This document shows positions 25,701 to 39,200 of a stretch of 64,000 bases of DNA, one piece after another. Below the pieces are notes generated by a model. The model did no database searches. It saw nothing but the letters and a program-made list of their open reading frames with translations, and was not told the origin of the DNA. This DNA comes from Auanema rhodensis (lineage: Eukaryota; Animalia; Nematoda): contig OZ059896.1 in NCBI GenBank assembly GCA_964057225.1, forward strand, positions 1,984,001 to 2,048,000. Direction: 5' to 3'. Position 1 is the stretch's first letter; every line of letters begins with the position of its first letter. The position numbers and the translations under genes are program-made.

Positions 25701-28700
25701 TAATGTAGTATAGTACATTCGATGCGGATTTTTAAGCTGCGTCGATCTGTGTTATCAGATTTGCGCTAGCTTAAAAATGAACCGAGATATCAACTGATAT
25801 AAGTTCACACATATATCCTCGATTTTCACCCTGAAGAATTAATTTTTTCGTTGAATAACATTGTCTATCGTTTTTGCCTTGAAAAAAGGAATCTAAAAAC
25901 ATCTACTTTTTGCTAAATTATTTTCAAATTTTTCGAAAAAATCTTTGTCAAAATGTTTTTGGAAGCAATTTTGAGTGTACATGGAAACTCAACATACACT
26001 AATGCATCATTTTTCAAACGATCATAACTAATTTTTGTATTTAGCTTTTCTCAATGTAGTTCAGTGCATTCGATGCGGATTTTTAAGCTGCGTCGATCTG
26101 TACTATCAGATTTGCGCTAGCTTGAAAATGCACCGAGATATCAACTGATATAAGTTCACACCTATATCCTCGATTTTCACCCTGAAGAATTAATTTTTTC
26201 GTTGAATAACATTGTCTATCGTTTTTGCCTTGAAAAAAGGAATCTAAAAACATCTACTTTTTGCTAAATTATTTTCAAATTTTTCGAAAAAATTTTTGTC
26301 AAAATGTTTTTGGAAGCAATTTTGAGTGTACATGGAAACTCAACATACACTAATGCATCATTTTTCAAACGATCATAACTAATTTTTGTATTGAGTGTTT
26401 CTCAATGTAGTATAGTGCATTCGATGTGGATTTTCAAGCTGCGTCGATCTGTGTTATCAGATTTGCGCTAGCTTAAAAATGCACCGAGATATCAACTGAT
26501 ATAAGTTCACACTTATATCCTCGATTTTCACCCTGAAGAATTAATTTTTTCGTTGAATAACATTGTCTATCGTTTTTGCCTTGAAAAAAGGAATCTAAAA
26601 ACATCTACTTTTTGCTAAATTATTTTAAAATTTTTCGAAAAAATTTTTGTCAAAATGTTTTTGGAAGCAATTTTGAGTGTACATGGAAACTCAACATACA
26701 CTAATGCATCATTTTTCAAACGATCATAACTAATTTTTGTATTAAGCGTTTCTTAATGTAGTATAGTGCATTCGATGTGGATTTTCAAGCTGCGTCGATC
26801 TGTGTTATCAGATTTGCGCTAGCTTAAAAATGCACCGAGATATCAACTGATATAAGTTCACACTTATATCCTCGAATTTCACCCTGAAGAATTAATTTTT
26901 TCGTTGAATAACATTGTCTATCGTTTTTGCCTTGAAAAAAGGAATCTAAAAACATCTACTTTTTGCTAAATTATCTTCATATTTTTCGAAAAAATTTTTG
27001 TCAAAATGTTTTTGGAAGCAATTTTGAGTGTACATGGAAACTCAACATACACTAATGCATCATTTTTCAAACGATCATAACTAATTTTTGTATTAAGCGT
27101 TTCTTAATGTAGTATAGTGCATTCGATGTGGATTTTCAAGCTGCGTCGATCTGTGTTATCAGATTTGCGCTAGCTTAAAAATGCACCGAGATATCAACTG
27201 ATATAAGTTCACACTTATATCCTCGATTTTCACCCTGAAGAATTAATTTTTTTGTTGAATAACAATGTCCATCGTCTTTGTCTTGAAAAAAGGAATCTAA
27301 AAACATCTACTTTTTGTGAAATTATTTTCAAATTTTTCGAAAAAATTTTTGTCAAAATGTTTTTGGAAGCAATTTTGAGTGTACATGGAAACTCAACATA
27401 CACTAATGCATCATTTTTCAAACGATCATAACTAATTTTTGTATTAAGCGTTTCTTAATGTAGTATAGTACATTCGATGCGGATTTTTAAGCTGCGTCGA
27501 TCTGTGTTATCAGATTTGCGCTAGCTTAAAAATGCACCGAGATATCAACTGATATAAGTTCACACTTATATCCTCGAATTTCACCCTGAAGAATTAATTT
27601 TTTCGTTGAATAACATTGTCTATCGTTTTTGCCTTGAAAAAAGGAATCTAAAAACATCTACTTTTTGCTAAATTATTTTCAAATTTTTCGAAAAAATTTT
27701 TGTCAAAATGTTTTTGGAAGCAATGTTGAGTGTACATGGAAACTCAACATACACTAATGCATCATTTTTCAAACGATCATAACTAATTTTTGTATTAAGC
27801 GTTTCTTAATGTAGTATAGTACATTCGATGCGGATTTTTAAGCTGCGTCGATCTGTGTTATCAGATTTGCGCTAGCTTAAAAATGAACCGAGATATCAAC
27901 TGATATAAGTTCACACCTATATCCTCGATTTTCAACCTGAAGAATTAATTTTTTCGTTGAATAACATTGTCTATCGTTTTTGCCTTGAAAAAAGAAATCT
28001 AAAAACATCTACTTTTTGCTAAATTATTTTGAAATTTTTCGAAAAAATTTTTGTCAAAATGTTTTTGGAAGCAATGTTGAGTGTACATGGAAACTCAACA
28101 TACACTAATGCATCATTTTTCAAACGATCATAACTAATTTTTGTATTAAGCGTTTCTCAATGTAGTAAAGTGCATTCGATGCGGATTTTTAAGCTGCGTC
28201 GATCTGTACTATCAGATTTGCGCTAGCTTAAAAATGCACCGAGATATCAACTGATATAAGTTCACACTTATATCCTCGATTTTCACCCTGAAGAATTAAT
28301 TTTTTCGTTGAATAACATTGTCCATCGTTTTTGCCTTGAAAAAAGAAATCTAAAAACATCTACTTTTTGCTAAATTATTTTGAAATTTTTCGAAAAAATT
28401 TTTGTCAAAATGTTTTTGGAAGCAATTTTGAGTGTACATGGAAACTCAACATACACTAATGCATCATTTTTCAAACGATCATAACTAATTTTTGTATTTA
28501 GCTTTTCTCAATGTAGTTCAGTGCATTCGATGCGGATTTTTAAGCTGCGTCGATCTGTACTATCAGATTTGCGCTAGCTTGAAAATGCACCGAGATATCA
28601 ACTGATATAAGTTCACACCTATATCCTCGATTTTCACCCTGAAGAATTAATTTTTTCGTTGAATAACATTGTCTATCGTTTTTGCCTTGAAAAAAGAAAT

Positions 28701-28879
28701 CTAAAAACATCTACTTTTTGCTAAATTATTTTCAAATTTTTCGAAAAAATTTTTGTCAAAATGTTTTTGGAAGCAATTTTGAGTGTACATGGAAACTCAA
28801 CATACACTAATGCATCATTTTTCAAACGATCATAACTAATTTTTGTATTTAGCTTTTCTCAATGTAGTTCAGTGCATTC

Positions 28880-31800
28880 GATGCGGATTTTTAAGCTGCG
28901 TCGATCTGTACTATCAGATTTGCGCTAGCTTAAAAATGCACCGAGATATCAACTGATATAAGTTCACACTTATATCCTCGATTTTCACCCTGAAGAATTA
29001 ATTTTTTCGTTGAATAACATTGTCCATCGTTTTTGCCTTGAAAAAAGAAATCTAAAAACATCTACTTTTTGCTAAATTATTTTGAAATTTTTCGAAAAAA
29101 TTTTTGTCAAAATGTTTTTGGAAGCAATTTTGAGTGTACATGGAAACTCAACATACACTAATGCATCATTTTTCAAACGATCATAACTAATTTTTGTATT
29201 TAGCTTTTCTCAATGTAGTTCAGTGCATTCGATGCGGATTTTTAAGCTGCGTCGATCTGTACTATCAGATTTGCGCTAGCTTGAAAATGCACCGAGATAT
29301 CAACTGATATAAGTTCACACCTATATCCTCGATTTTCACCCTGAAGAATTAATTTTTTCGTTGAATAACATTGTCTATCGTTTTTGCCTTGAAAAAAGAA
29401 ATCTAAAAACATCTACTTTTTGCTAAATTATTTTCAAATTTTTCGAAAAAATTTTTGTCAAAATGTTTTTGGAAGCAATTTTGAGTGTACATGGAAACTC
29501 AACATACACTAATGCATCATTTTTCAAACGATCATAACTAATTTTTGTATTTAGCTTTTCTCAATGTAGTTCAGTGCATTCGATGCGGATTTTTAAGCTG
29601 CGTCGATCTGTACTATCAGATTTGCGCTAGCTTGAAAATGCACCGAGATATCAACTGATATAAGTTCACACTTATATCCTCGATTTTCACCCTGAAGAAT
29701 TAATTTTTTCGTTGAATAACATTGTCTATCGTTTTTGCCTTGAAAAAAGGAATCTAAAAACATCTACTTTTTGCTAAATTATTTTCAAATTTTTCGAAAA
29801 AATTTTTGTCAAAATGTTTTTGGAAGCAATGTTGAGTGTACATGGAAACTCAACATACACTAATGCATCATTTTTCAAACGATCATAACTAATTTTTGTA
29901 TTAAGCGTTTCTTAATGTAGTATAGTACATTCGATGCGGATTTTTAAGCTGCGTCGATCTGTGTTATCAGATTTGCGCTAGCTTAAAAATGAACCGAGAT
30001 ATCAACTGATATAAGTTCACACCTATATCCTCGATTTTCAACCTGAAGAATTAATTTTTTCGTTGAATAACATTGTCTATCGTTTTTGCCTTGAAAAAAG
30101 AAATCTAAAAACATCTACTTTTTGCTAAATTATTTTGAAATTTTTCGAAAAAATTTTTGTCAAAATGTTTTTGGAAGCAATGTTGAGTGTACATGGAAAC
30201 TCAACATACACTAATGCATCATTTTTCAAACGATCATAACTAATTTTTGTATTAAGCGTTTCTCAATGTAGTATAGTGCATTCGATGCGGATTTTTAAGC
30301 TGCGTCGATCTGTACTATCAGATTTGCGCTAGCTTAAAAATGCACCGAGATATCAACTGATATAAGTTCACACTTATATCCTCGATTTTCACCCTGAAGA
30401 ATTAATTTTTTCGTTGAATAACATTGTCCATCGTTTTTGCCTTGAAAAAAGAAATCTAAAAACATCTACTTTTTGCTAAATTATTTTGAAATTTTTCGAA
30501 AAAATTTTTGTCAAAATGTTTTTGGAAGCAATTTTGAGTGTACATGGAAACTCAACATACACTAATGCATCATTTTTCAAACGATCATAACTAATTTTTG
30601 TATTCAGCTTTTCTCAATGTAGTTCAGTGCATTCGATGCGGATTTTTAAGCTGCGTCGATCTGTACTATCAGATTTGCGCTAGCTTGAAAATGCACCGAG
30701 ATATCAACTGATATAAGTTCACACCTATATCCTCGATTTTCACCCTGAAGAATTAATTTTTTCGTTGAATAACATTGTCTATCGTTTTTGCCTTGAAAAA
30801 AGAAATCTAAAAACATCTACTTTTTGCTAAATTATTTTCAAATTTTTCGAAAAAAGTTTTGTCAAAATGTTTTTGGAAGCAATTTTGAGTGTACATGGAA
30901 ACTCAACATACACTAATGCATCATTTTTCAAACGATCATAACTAATTTTTGTATTTAGCTTTTCTCAATGTAGTTCAGTGCATTCGATGCGGATTTTTAA
31001 GCTGCGTCGATCTGTACTATCAGATTTGCGCTAGCTTGAAAATGCACCGAGATATCAACTGATATAAGTTCACACTTATATCCTCGATTTTCACCCTGAA
31101 GAATTAATTTTTTCGTTGAATAACATTGTCTATCGTTTTTGCCTTGGAAAAAGAAATCTAAAAACATCTACTTTTTGCTAAATTATTTTCAAATTTTTCG
31201 AAAAAATCTTTGTCAAAATGTTTTTGGAAGCAATTTTGAGTGTACATGGAAACTCAACATACACTAATGCATCATTTTTCAAACGATCATAACTAATTTT
31301 TGTATTTAGCTTTTCTCAATGTAGTTCAGTGCATTCGATGCGGATTTTTAAGCTGCGTCGATCTGTACTATCAGATTTGCGCTAGCTTGAAAATGCACCG
31401 AGATATCAACTGATATAAGTTCACACCTATATCCTCGATTTTCACCCTGAAGAATTAATTTTTTCGTTGAATAACATTGTCTATCGTTTTTGCCTTGAAA
31501 AAAGGAATCTAAAAACATCTACTTTTTGCTAAATTATTTTCAAATTTTTCGAAAAAATTTTTGTCAAAATGTTTTTGGAAGCAATTTTGAGTGTACATGG
31601 AAACTCAACATACACTAATGCATCATTTTTCAAACGATCATAACTAATTTTTGTATTTAGCTTTTCTCAATGTAGTTCAGTGCATTCGATGCGGATTTTT
31701 AAGCTGCGTCGATCTGTACTATCAGATTTGCGCTAGCTTGAAAATGCACCGAGATATCAACTGATATAAGTTCACACCTATATCCTCGATTTTCACCCTG

Positions 31801-34800
31801 AAGAATTAATTTTTTCGTTGAATAACATTGTCTATCGTTTTTGCCTTGAAAAAAGGAATCTAAAAACATCTACTTTTTGCTAAATTATTTTCAAATTTTT
31901 CGAAAAAATTTTTGTCAAAATGTTTTTGGAAGCAATTTTGAGTGTACATGGAAACTCAACATACACTAATGCATCATTTTTCAAACGATCATAACTAATT
32001 TTTGTATTGAGTGTTTCTCAATGTAGTATAGTGCATTCGATGTGGATTTTCAAGCTGCGTCGATCTGTGTTATCAGATTTGCGCTAGCTTAAAAATGCAC
32101 CGAGATATCAACTGATAAAAGTTCACACTTATATCCTCGATTTTCACCCTGAAGAATTAATTTTTTCGTTTAATAACATTGTCTATCGTTTTTGCCTTGA
32201 AAAAAGGAATCTAAAAACATCTACTTTTTGCTAAATTATTTTAAAATTTTTCGAAAAAATTTTTGTCAAAATGTTTTTGGAAGCAATTTTGAGTGTACAT
32301 GGAAACTCAACATACACTAATGCATCATTTTTCAAACGATCATAACTAATTTTTGTATTTAGCTTTTCTCAATGTAGTTCAGTGCATTCGATGCGGATTT
32401 TTAAGCTGCGTCGATCTGTACTATCAGATTTGCGCTAGCTTGAAAATGCACCGAGATATCAACTGATATAAGTTCACACCTATATCCTCGATTTTCAACC
32501 TGAAGAATTAATTTTTTCGTTGAATAACATTGTCTATCGTTTTTGCCTTGAAAAAAGAAATCTAAAAACATCTACTTTTTGCTAAATTATTTTGAAATTT
32601 TTCGAAAAAATTTTTGTCAAAATGTTTTTGGAAGCAATGTTGAGTGTACATGGAAACTCAACATACACTAATGCATCATTTTTCAAACGATCATAACTAA
32701 TTTTTGTATTAAGCGTTTCTCAATGTAGTATAGTGCATTCGATGCGGATTTTTAAGCTGCGTCGATCTGTACTATCAGATTTGCGCTAGCTTAAAAATGC
32801 ACCGAGATATCAACTGATATAAGTTCACACTTATATCCTCGATTTTCACCCTGAAGAATTAATTTTTTCGTTGAATAACATTGTCCATCGTTTTTGCCTT
32901 GAAAAAAGAAATCTAAAAACATCTACTTTTTGCTAAATTATTTTGAAATTTTTCGAAAAAATTTTTGTCAAAATGTTTTTGGAAGCAATTTTGAGTGTAC
33001 ATGGAAACTCAACATACACTAATGCATCATTTTTCAAACGATCATAACTAATTTTTGTATTTAGCTTTTCTCAATGTAGTTCAGTGCATTCGATGCGGAT
33101 TTTTAAGCTGCGTCGATCTGTACTATCAGATTTGCGCTAGCTTGAAAATGCACCGAGATATCAACTGATATAAGTTCACACCTATATCCTCGATTTTCAC
33201 CCTGAAGAATTAATTTTTTCGTTGAATAACATTGTCTATCGTTTTTGCCTTGAAAAAAGAAATCTAAAAACATCTACTTTTTGCTAAATTATTTTCAAAT
33301 TTTTCGAAAAAATTTTTGTCAAAATGTTTTTGGAAGCAATTTTGAGTGTACATGGAAACTCAACATACACTAATGCATCATTTTTCAAACGATCATAACT
33401 AATTTTTGTATTTAGCTTTTCTCAATGTAGTTCAGTGCATTCGATGCGGATTTTTAAGCTGCGTCGATCTGTACTATCAGATTTGCGCTAGCTTGAAAAT
33501 GCACCGAGATATCAACTGATATAAGTTCACACTTATATCCTCGATTTTCACCCTGAAGAATTAATTTTTTCGTTGAATAACATTGTCTATCGTTTTTGCC
33601 TTGAAAAAAGGAATCTAAAAACATCTACTTTTTGCTAAATTATTTTCAAATTTTTCGAAAAAATTTTTGTCAAAATGTTTTTGGAAGCAATGTTGAGTGT
33701 ACATGGAAACTCAACATACACTAATGCATCATTTTTCAAACGATCATAACTAATTTTTGTATTAAGCGTTTCTTAATGTAGTATAGTACATTCGATGCGG
33801 ATTTTTAAGCTGCGTCGATCTGTGTTATCAGATTTGCGCTAGCTTAAAAATGAACCGAGATATCAACTGATATAAGTTCACACCTATATCCTCGATTTTC
33901 AACCTGAAGAATTAATTTTTTCGTTGAATAACATTGTCTATCGTTTTTGCCTTGAAAAAAGAAATCTAAAAACATCTACTTTTTGCTAAATTATTTTGAA
34001 ATTTTTCGAAAAAATTTTTGTCAAAATGTTTTTGGAAGCAATGTTGAGTGTACATGGAAACTCAACATACACTAATGCATCATTTTTCAAACGATCATAA
34101 CTAATTTTTGTATTAAGCGTTTCTCAATGTAGTATAGTGCATTCGATGCGGATTTTTAAGCTGCGTCGATCTGTACTATCAGATTTGCGCTAGCTTAAAA
34201 ATGCACCGAGATATCAACTGATATAAGTTCACACTTATATCCTCGATTTTCACCCTGAAGAATTAATTTTTTCGTTGAATAACATTGTCCATCGTTTTTG
34301 CCTTGAAAAAAGAAATCTAAAAACATCTACTTTTTGCTAAATTATTTTGAAATTTTTCGAAAAAATTTTTGTCAAAATGTTTTTGGAAGCAATTTTGAGT
34401 GTACATGGAAACTCAACATACACTAATGCATCATTTTTCAAACGATCATAACTAATTTTTGTATTCAGCTTTTCTCAATGTAGTTCAGTGCATTCGATGC
34501 GGATTTTTAAGCTGCGTCGATCTGTACTATCAGATTTGCGCTAGCTTGAAAATGCACCGAGATATCAACTGATATAAGTTCACACCTATATCCTCGATTT
34601 TCACCCTGAAGAATTAATTTTTTCGTTGAATAACATTGTCTATCGTTTTTGCCTTGAAAAAAGAAATCTAAAAACATCTACTTTTTGCTAAATTATTTTC
34701 AAATTTTTCGAAAAAAGTTTTGTCAAAATGTTTTTGGAAGCAATTTTGAGTGTACATGGAAACTCAACATACACTAATGCATCATTTTTCAAACGATCAT

Positions 34801-36210
34801 AACTAATTTTTGTATTCAGCTTTTCTCAATGTAGTTCAGTGCATTCGATGCGGATTTTTAAGCTGCGTCGATCTGTACTATCAGATTTGCGCTAGCTTGA
34901 AAATGCACCGAGATATCAACTGATATAAGTTCACACTTATATCCTCGATTTTCACCCTGAAGAATTAATTTTTTCGTTGAATAACATTGTCTATCGTTTT
35001 TGCCTTGGAAAAAGAAATCTAAAAACATCTACTTTTTGCTAAATTATTTTCAAATTTTTCGAAAAAATCTTTGTCAAAATGTTTTTGGAAGCAATTTTGA
35101 GTGTACATGGAAACTCAACATACACTAATGCATCATTTTTCAAACGATCATAACTAATTTTTGTATTTAGCTTTTCTCAATGTAGTTCAGTGCATTCGAT
35201 GCGGATTTTTAAGCTGCGTCGATCTGTACTATCAGATTTGCGCTAGCTTGAAAATGCACCGAGATATCAACTGATATAAGTTCACACCTATATCCTCGAT
35301 TTTCACCCTGAAGAATTAATTTTTTCGTTGAATAACATTGTCTATCGTTTTTGCCTTGAAAAAAGGAATCTAAAAACATCTACTTTTTGCTAAATTATTT
35401 TCAAATTTTTCGAAAAAATTTTTGTCAAAATGTTTTTGGAAGCAATTTTGAGTGTACATGGAAACTCAACATACACTAATGCATCATTTTTCAAACGATC
35501 ATAACTAATTTTTGTATTTAGCTTTTCTCAATGTAGTTCAGTGCATTCGATGCGGATTTTTAAGCTGCGTCGATCTGTACTATCAGATTTGCGCTAGCTT
35601 GAAAATGCACCGAGATATCAACTGATATAAGTTCACACCTATATCCTCGATTTTCACCCTGAAGAATTAATTTTTTCGTTGAATAACATTGTCTATCGTT
35701 TTTGCCTTGAAAAAAGGAATCTAAAAACATCTACTTTTTGCTAAATTATTTTCAAATTTTTCGAAAAAATTTTTGTCAAAATGTTTTTGGAAGCAATTTT
35801 GAGTGTACATGGAAACTCAACATACACTAATGCATCATTTTTCAAACGATCATAACTAATTTTTGTATTGAGTGTTTCTCAATGTAGTATAGTGCATTCG
35901 ATGTGGATTTTCAAGCTGCGTCGATCTGTGTTATCAGATTTGCGCTAGCTTAAAAATGCACCGAGATATCAACTGATATAAGTTCACACTTATATCCTCG
36001 ATTTTCACCCTGAAGAATTAATTTTTTCGTTTAATAACATTGTCTATCGTTTTTGCCTTGAAAAAAGGAATCTAAAAACATCTACTTTTTGCTAAATTAT
36101 TTTAAAATTTTTCGAAAAAATTTTTGTCAAAATGTTTTTGGAAGCAATTTTGAGTGTACATGGAAACTCAACATACACTAATGCATCATTTTTCAAACGA
36201 TCATAACTAA
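28880..36210. repeat. Tandem duplication with an 11-monomer (3861-bp) period inside the pure-B domain
   Basis: Rare alleles recur at +3861: TATTCAGC (30601/34462), AAAAAGTTTT (30851/34712), GCCTTGGAAA (31141/35002) and CGTTTAATAAC (~32167/36028). Boundaries are approximate. Confidence 0.85.
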
Positions 36211-39200
36211 TTTTTGTATTAAGCGTTTCTTAATGTAGTATAGTGCATTCGATGTGGATTTTCAAGCTGCGTCGATCTGTGTTATCAGATTTGCGCTAGC
36301 TTAAAAATGCACCGAGATATCAACTGATATAAGTTCACACTTATATCCTCGATTTTCACCCTGAAGAATTAATTTTTTTGTTGAATAACAATGTCCATCG
36401 TCTTTGTCTTGAAAAAAGGAATCTAAAAACATCTACTTTTTGTGAAATTATTTCGAAGTTTTTCGGGAAAATTTTTGTCAAAATGTTTTTGGAAGCAATG
36501 TTGTGTGTACATGGAAACTCAACATACACTAATGCATCATTTTTCAAACGATCATAACTAATTTTTGTATTAAGCGTTTTTTAATGTAGTATAGTACATT
36601 CGATGCGGATTTTTAAGCTGCGTCGATCTGTGTTATCAGATTTGCGCTAGCTTAAAAATGAACCGAGATATCAACTGATATAAGTTCACACCTATATCCT
36701 CGATTTTCACCCTGAAGAATTAATTTTTTCGTTGAATAACATTGTCTATCGTTTTTGCCTTGAAAAAAGGAATCTAAAAACATCTACTTTTTGCTAAATT
36801 ATTTTCAAATTTTTCGAAAAAATTTTTGTCAAAATGTTTTTGGAAGCAATTTTGAGTGTACATGGAAACTCAACATACACTAATGCATCATTTTTCAAAC
36901 GATCATAACTAATTTTTGTATTTAGCTTTTCTCAATGTAGTTCAGTGCATTCGATGCGGATTTTTAAGCTGCGTCGATCTGTACTATCAGATTTGCGCTA
37001 GCTTGAAAATGCACCGAGATATCAACTGATATAAGTTCACACCTATATCCTCGATTTTCACCCTGAAGAATTAATTTTTTCGTTGAATAACATTGTCTAT
37101 CGTTTTTGCCTTGAAAAAAGGAATCTAAAAACATCTACTTTTTGCTAAATTATTTTCAAATTTTTCGAAAAAATTTTTGTCAAAATGTTTTTGGAAGCAA
37201 TTTTGAGTGTACATGGAAACTCAACATACACTAATGCATCATTTTTCAAACGATCATAACTAATTTTTGTATTGAGTGTTTCTCAATGTAGTATAGTGCA
37301 TTCGATGTGGATTTTCAAGCTGCGTCGATCTGTGTTATCAGATTTGCGCTAGCTTAAAAATGCACCGAGATATCAACTGATATAAGTTCACACTTATATC
37401 CTCGATTTTCACCCTGAAGAATTAATTTTTTCGTTGAATAACATTGTCTATCGTTTTTGCCTTGAAAAAAGGAATCTAAAAACATCTACTTTTTGCTAAA
37501 TTATTTTCAAATTTTTCGAAAAAATTTTTGTCAAAATGTTTTTGGAAGCAATTTTGAGTGTACATGGAAACTCAACATACACTAATGCATCATTTTTCAA
37601 ACGATCATAACTAGTTTTTGAATTGAGTGTTTCTCAATGTAGTATAGTGCATTCGATGTGGATTTTCAAGCTGCGTCGATCTGTGTTATCAGATTTGCGC
37701 TAGCTTAAAAATGCACCGAGATATCAACTGATATAAGTTCACACTTATATCCTCGATTTTCACCCTGAAGAATTAATTTTTTTGTTGAATAACAATGTCC
37801 ATCGTCTTTGTCTTGAAAAAAGGAATCTAAAAACATCTACTTTTTGCTAAATTATTTTCATATTTTTCGAAAAAATTTTTGTCAAAATGTTTTTGGAAGC
37901 AATTTTGAGTGTACATGGAAACTCAACATACACTAATGCATCATTTTTCAAACGATCATAACTAGTTTTTGAATTGAGTGTTTCTCAATGTAGTATAGTG
38001 CATTCGATGTGGATTTTCAAGCTGCGTCGATCTGTGTTATCAGATTTGCGCTAGCTTAAAAATGCACCGAGATATCAACTGATATAAGTTCACACTTATA
38101 TCCTCGATTTTCACCCTGAAGAATTAATTTTTTTGTTGAATAACAATGTCCATCGTCTTTGTCTTGAAAAAAGGAATCTAAAAACATCTACTTTTTGTGA
38201 AATTATTTTCAAATTTTCCGAAAAAATTTTTGTCAAAATGTTTTTGGAAGCAATTTTGAGTGTACATGGAAACTCAACATACACTAATGCATCATTTTTC
38301 AAACGATCATAACTAATTTTTGTATTGAGTGTTTCTCAATGTAGTATAGTGCATTCGATGTGGATTTTCAAGCTGCGTCGATCTGTGTTATCAGATTTGC
38401 GCTAGCTTAAAAATGCACCGAGATATCAACTGATATAAGTTCACACTTATATCCTCGATTTTCACCCTGAAGAATTAATTTTTTCGTTGAATAACATTGT
38501 CCATCGTTTTTGCCTTGAAAAAAGGAATCTAAAAACATCTACTTTTTGCTAAATTATTTTCATATTTTTCGAAAAAATTTTTGTCAAAATGTTTTTGGAA
38601 GCAATTTTGAGTGTACATGGAAACTCAACATACACTAATGCATCATTTTTCAAACGATCATAACTAATTTTTGAATTGAGTGTTTCTCAATGTAGTATAG
38701 TGCATTCGATGTGGATTTTCAAGCTGCGTCGATCTGTGTTATCAGATTTGCGCTAGCTTAAAAATGCACCGAGATATCAACTGATATAAGTTCACACTTA
38801 TATCCTCGATTTTCACCCTGAAGAATTAATTTTTTTGTTGAATAACAATGTCCATCGTCTTTGTCTTGAAAAAAGGAATCTAAAAACATCTACTTTTTGT
38901 GAAATTATTTTCAAATTTTCCGAAAAAATTTTTGTCAAAATGTTTTTGGAAGCAATTTTGAGTGTACATGGAAACTCAACATACACTAATGCATCATTTT
39001 TCAAACGATCATAACTAATTTTTGTTTTAAGCGTTTCTTAATGTAGTATAGTACATTCGATGCGGATTTTTAAGCTGCGTCGATCTGTGTTATCAGATTT
39101 GCGCTAGCTTGAAAATGAACCGAGATATCAACTGATATAAGTTCACACCTATATCCTCGATTTTCAACCTGAAGAATTAATTTTTTCGTTGAATAACATT

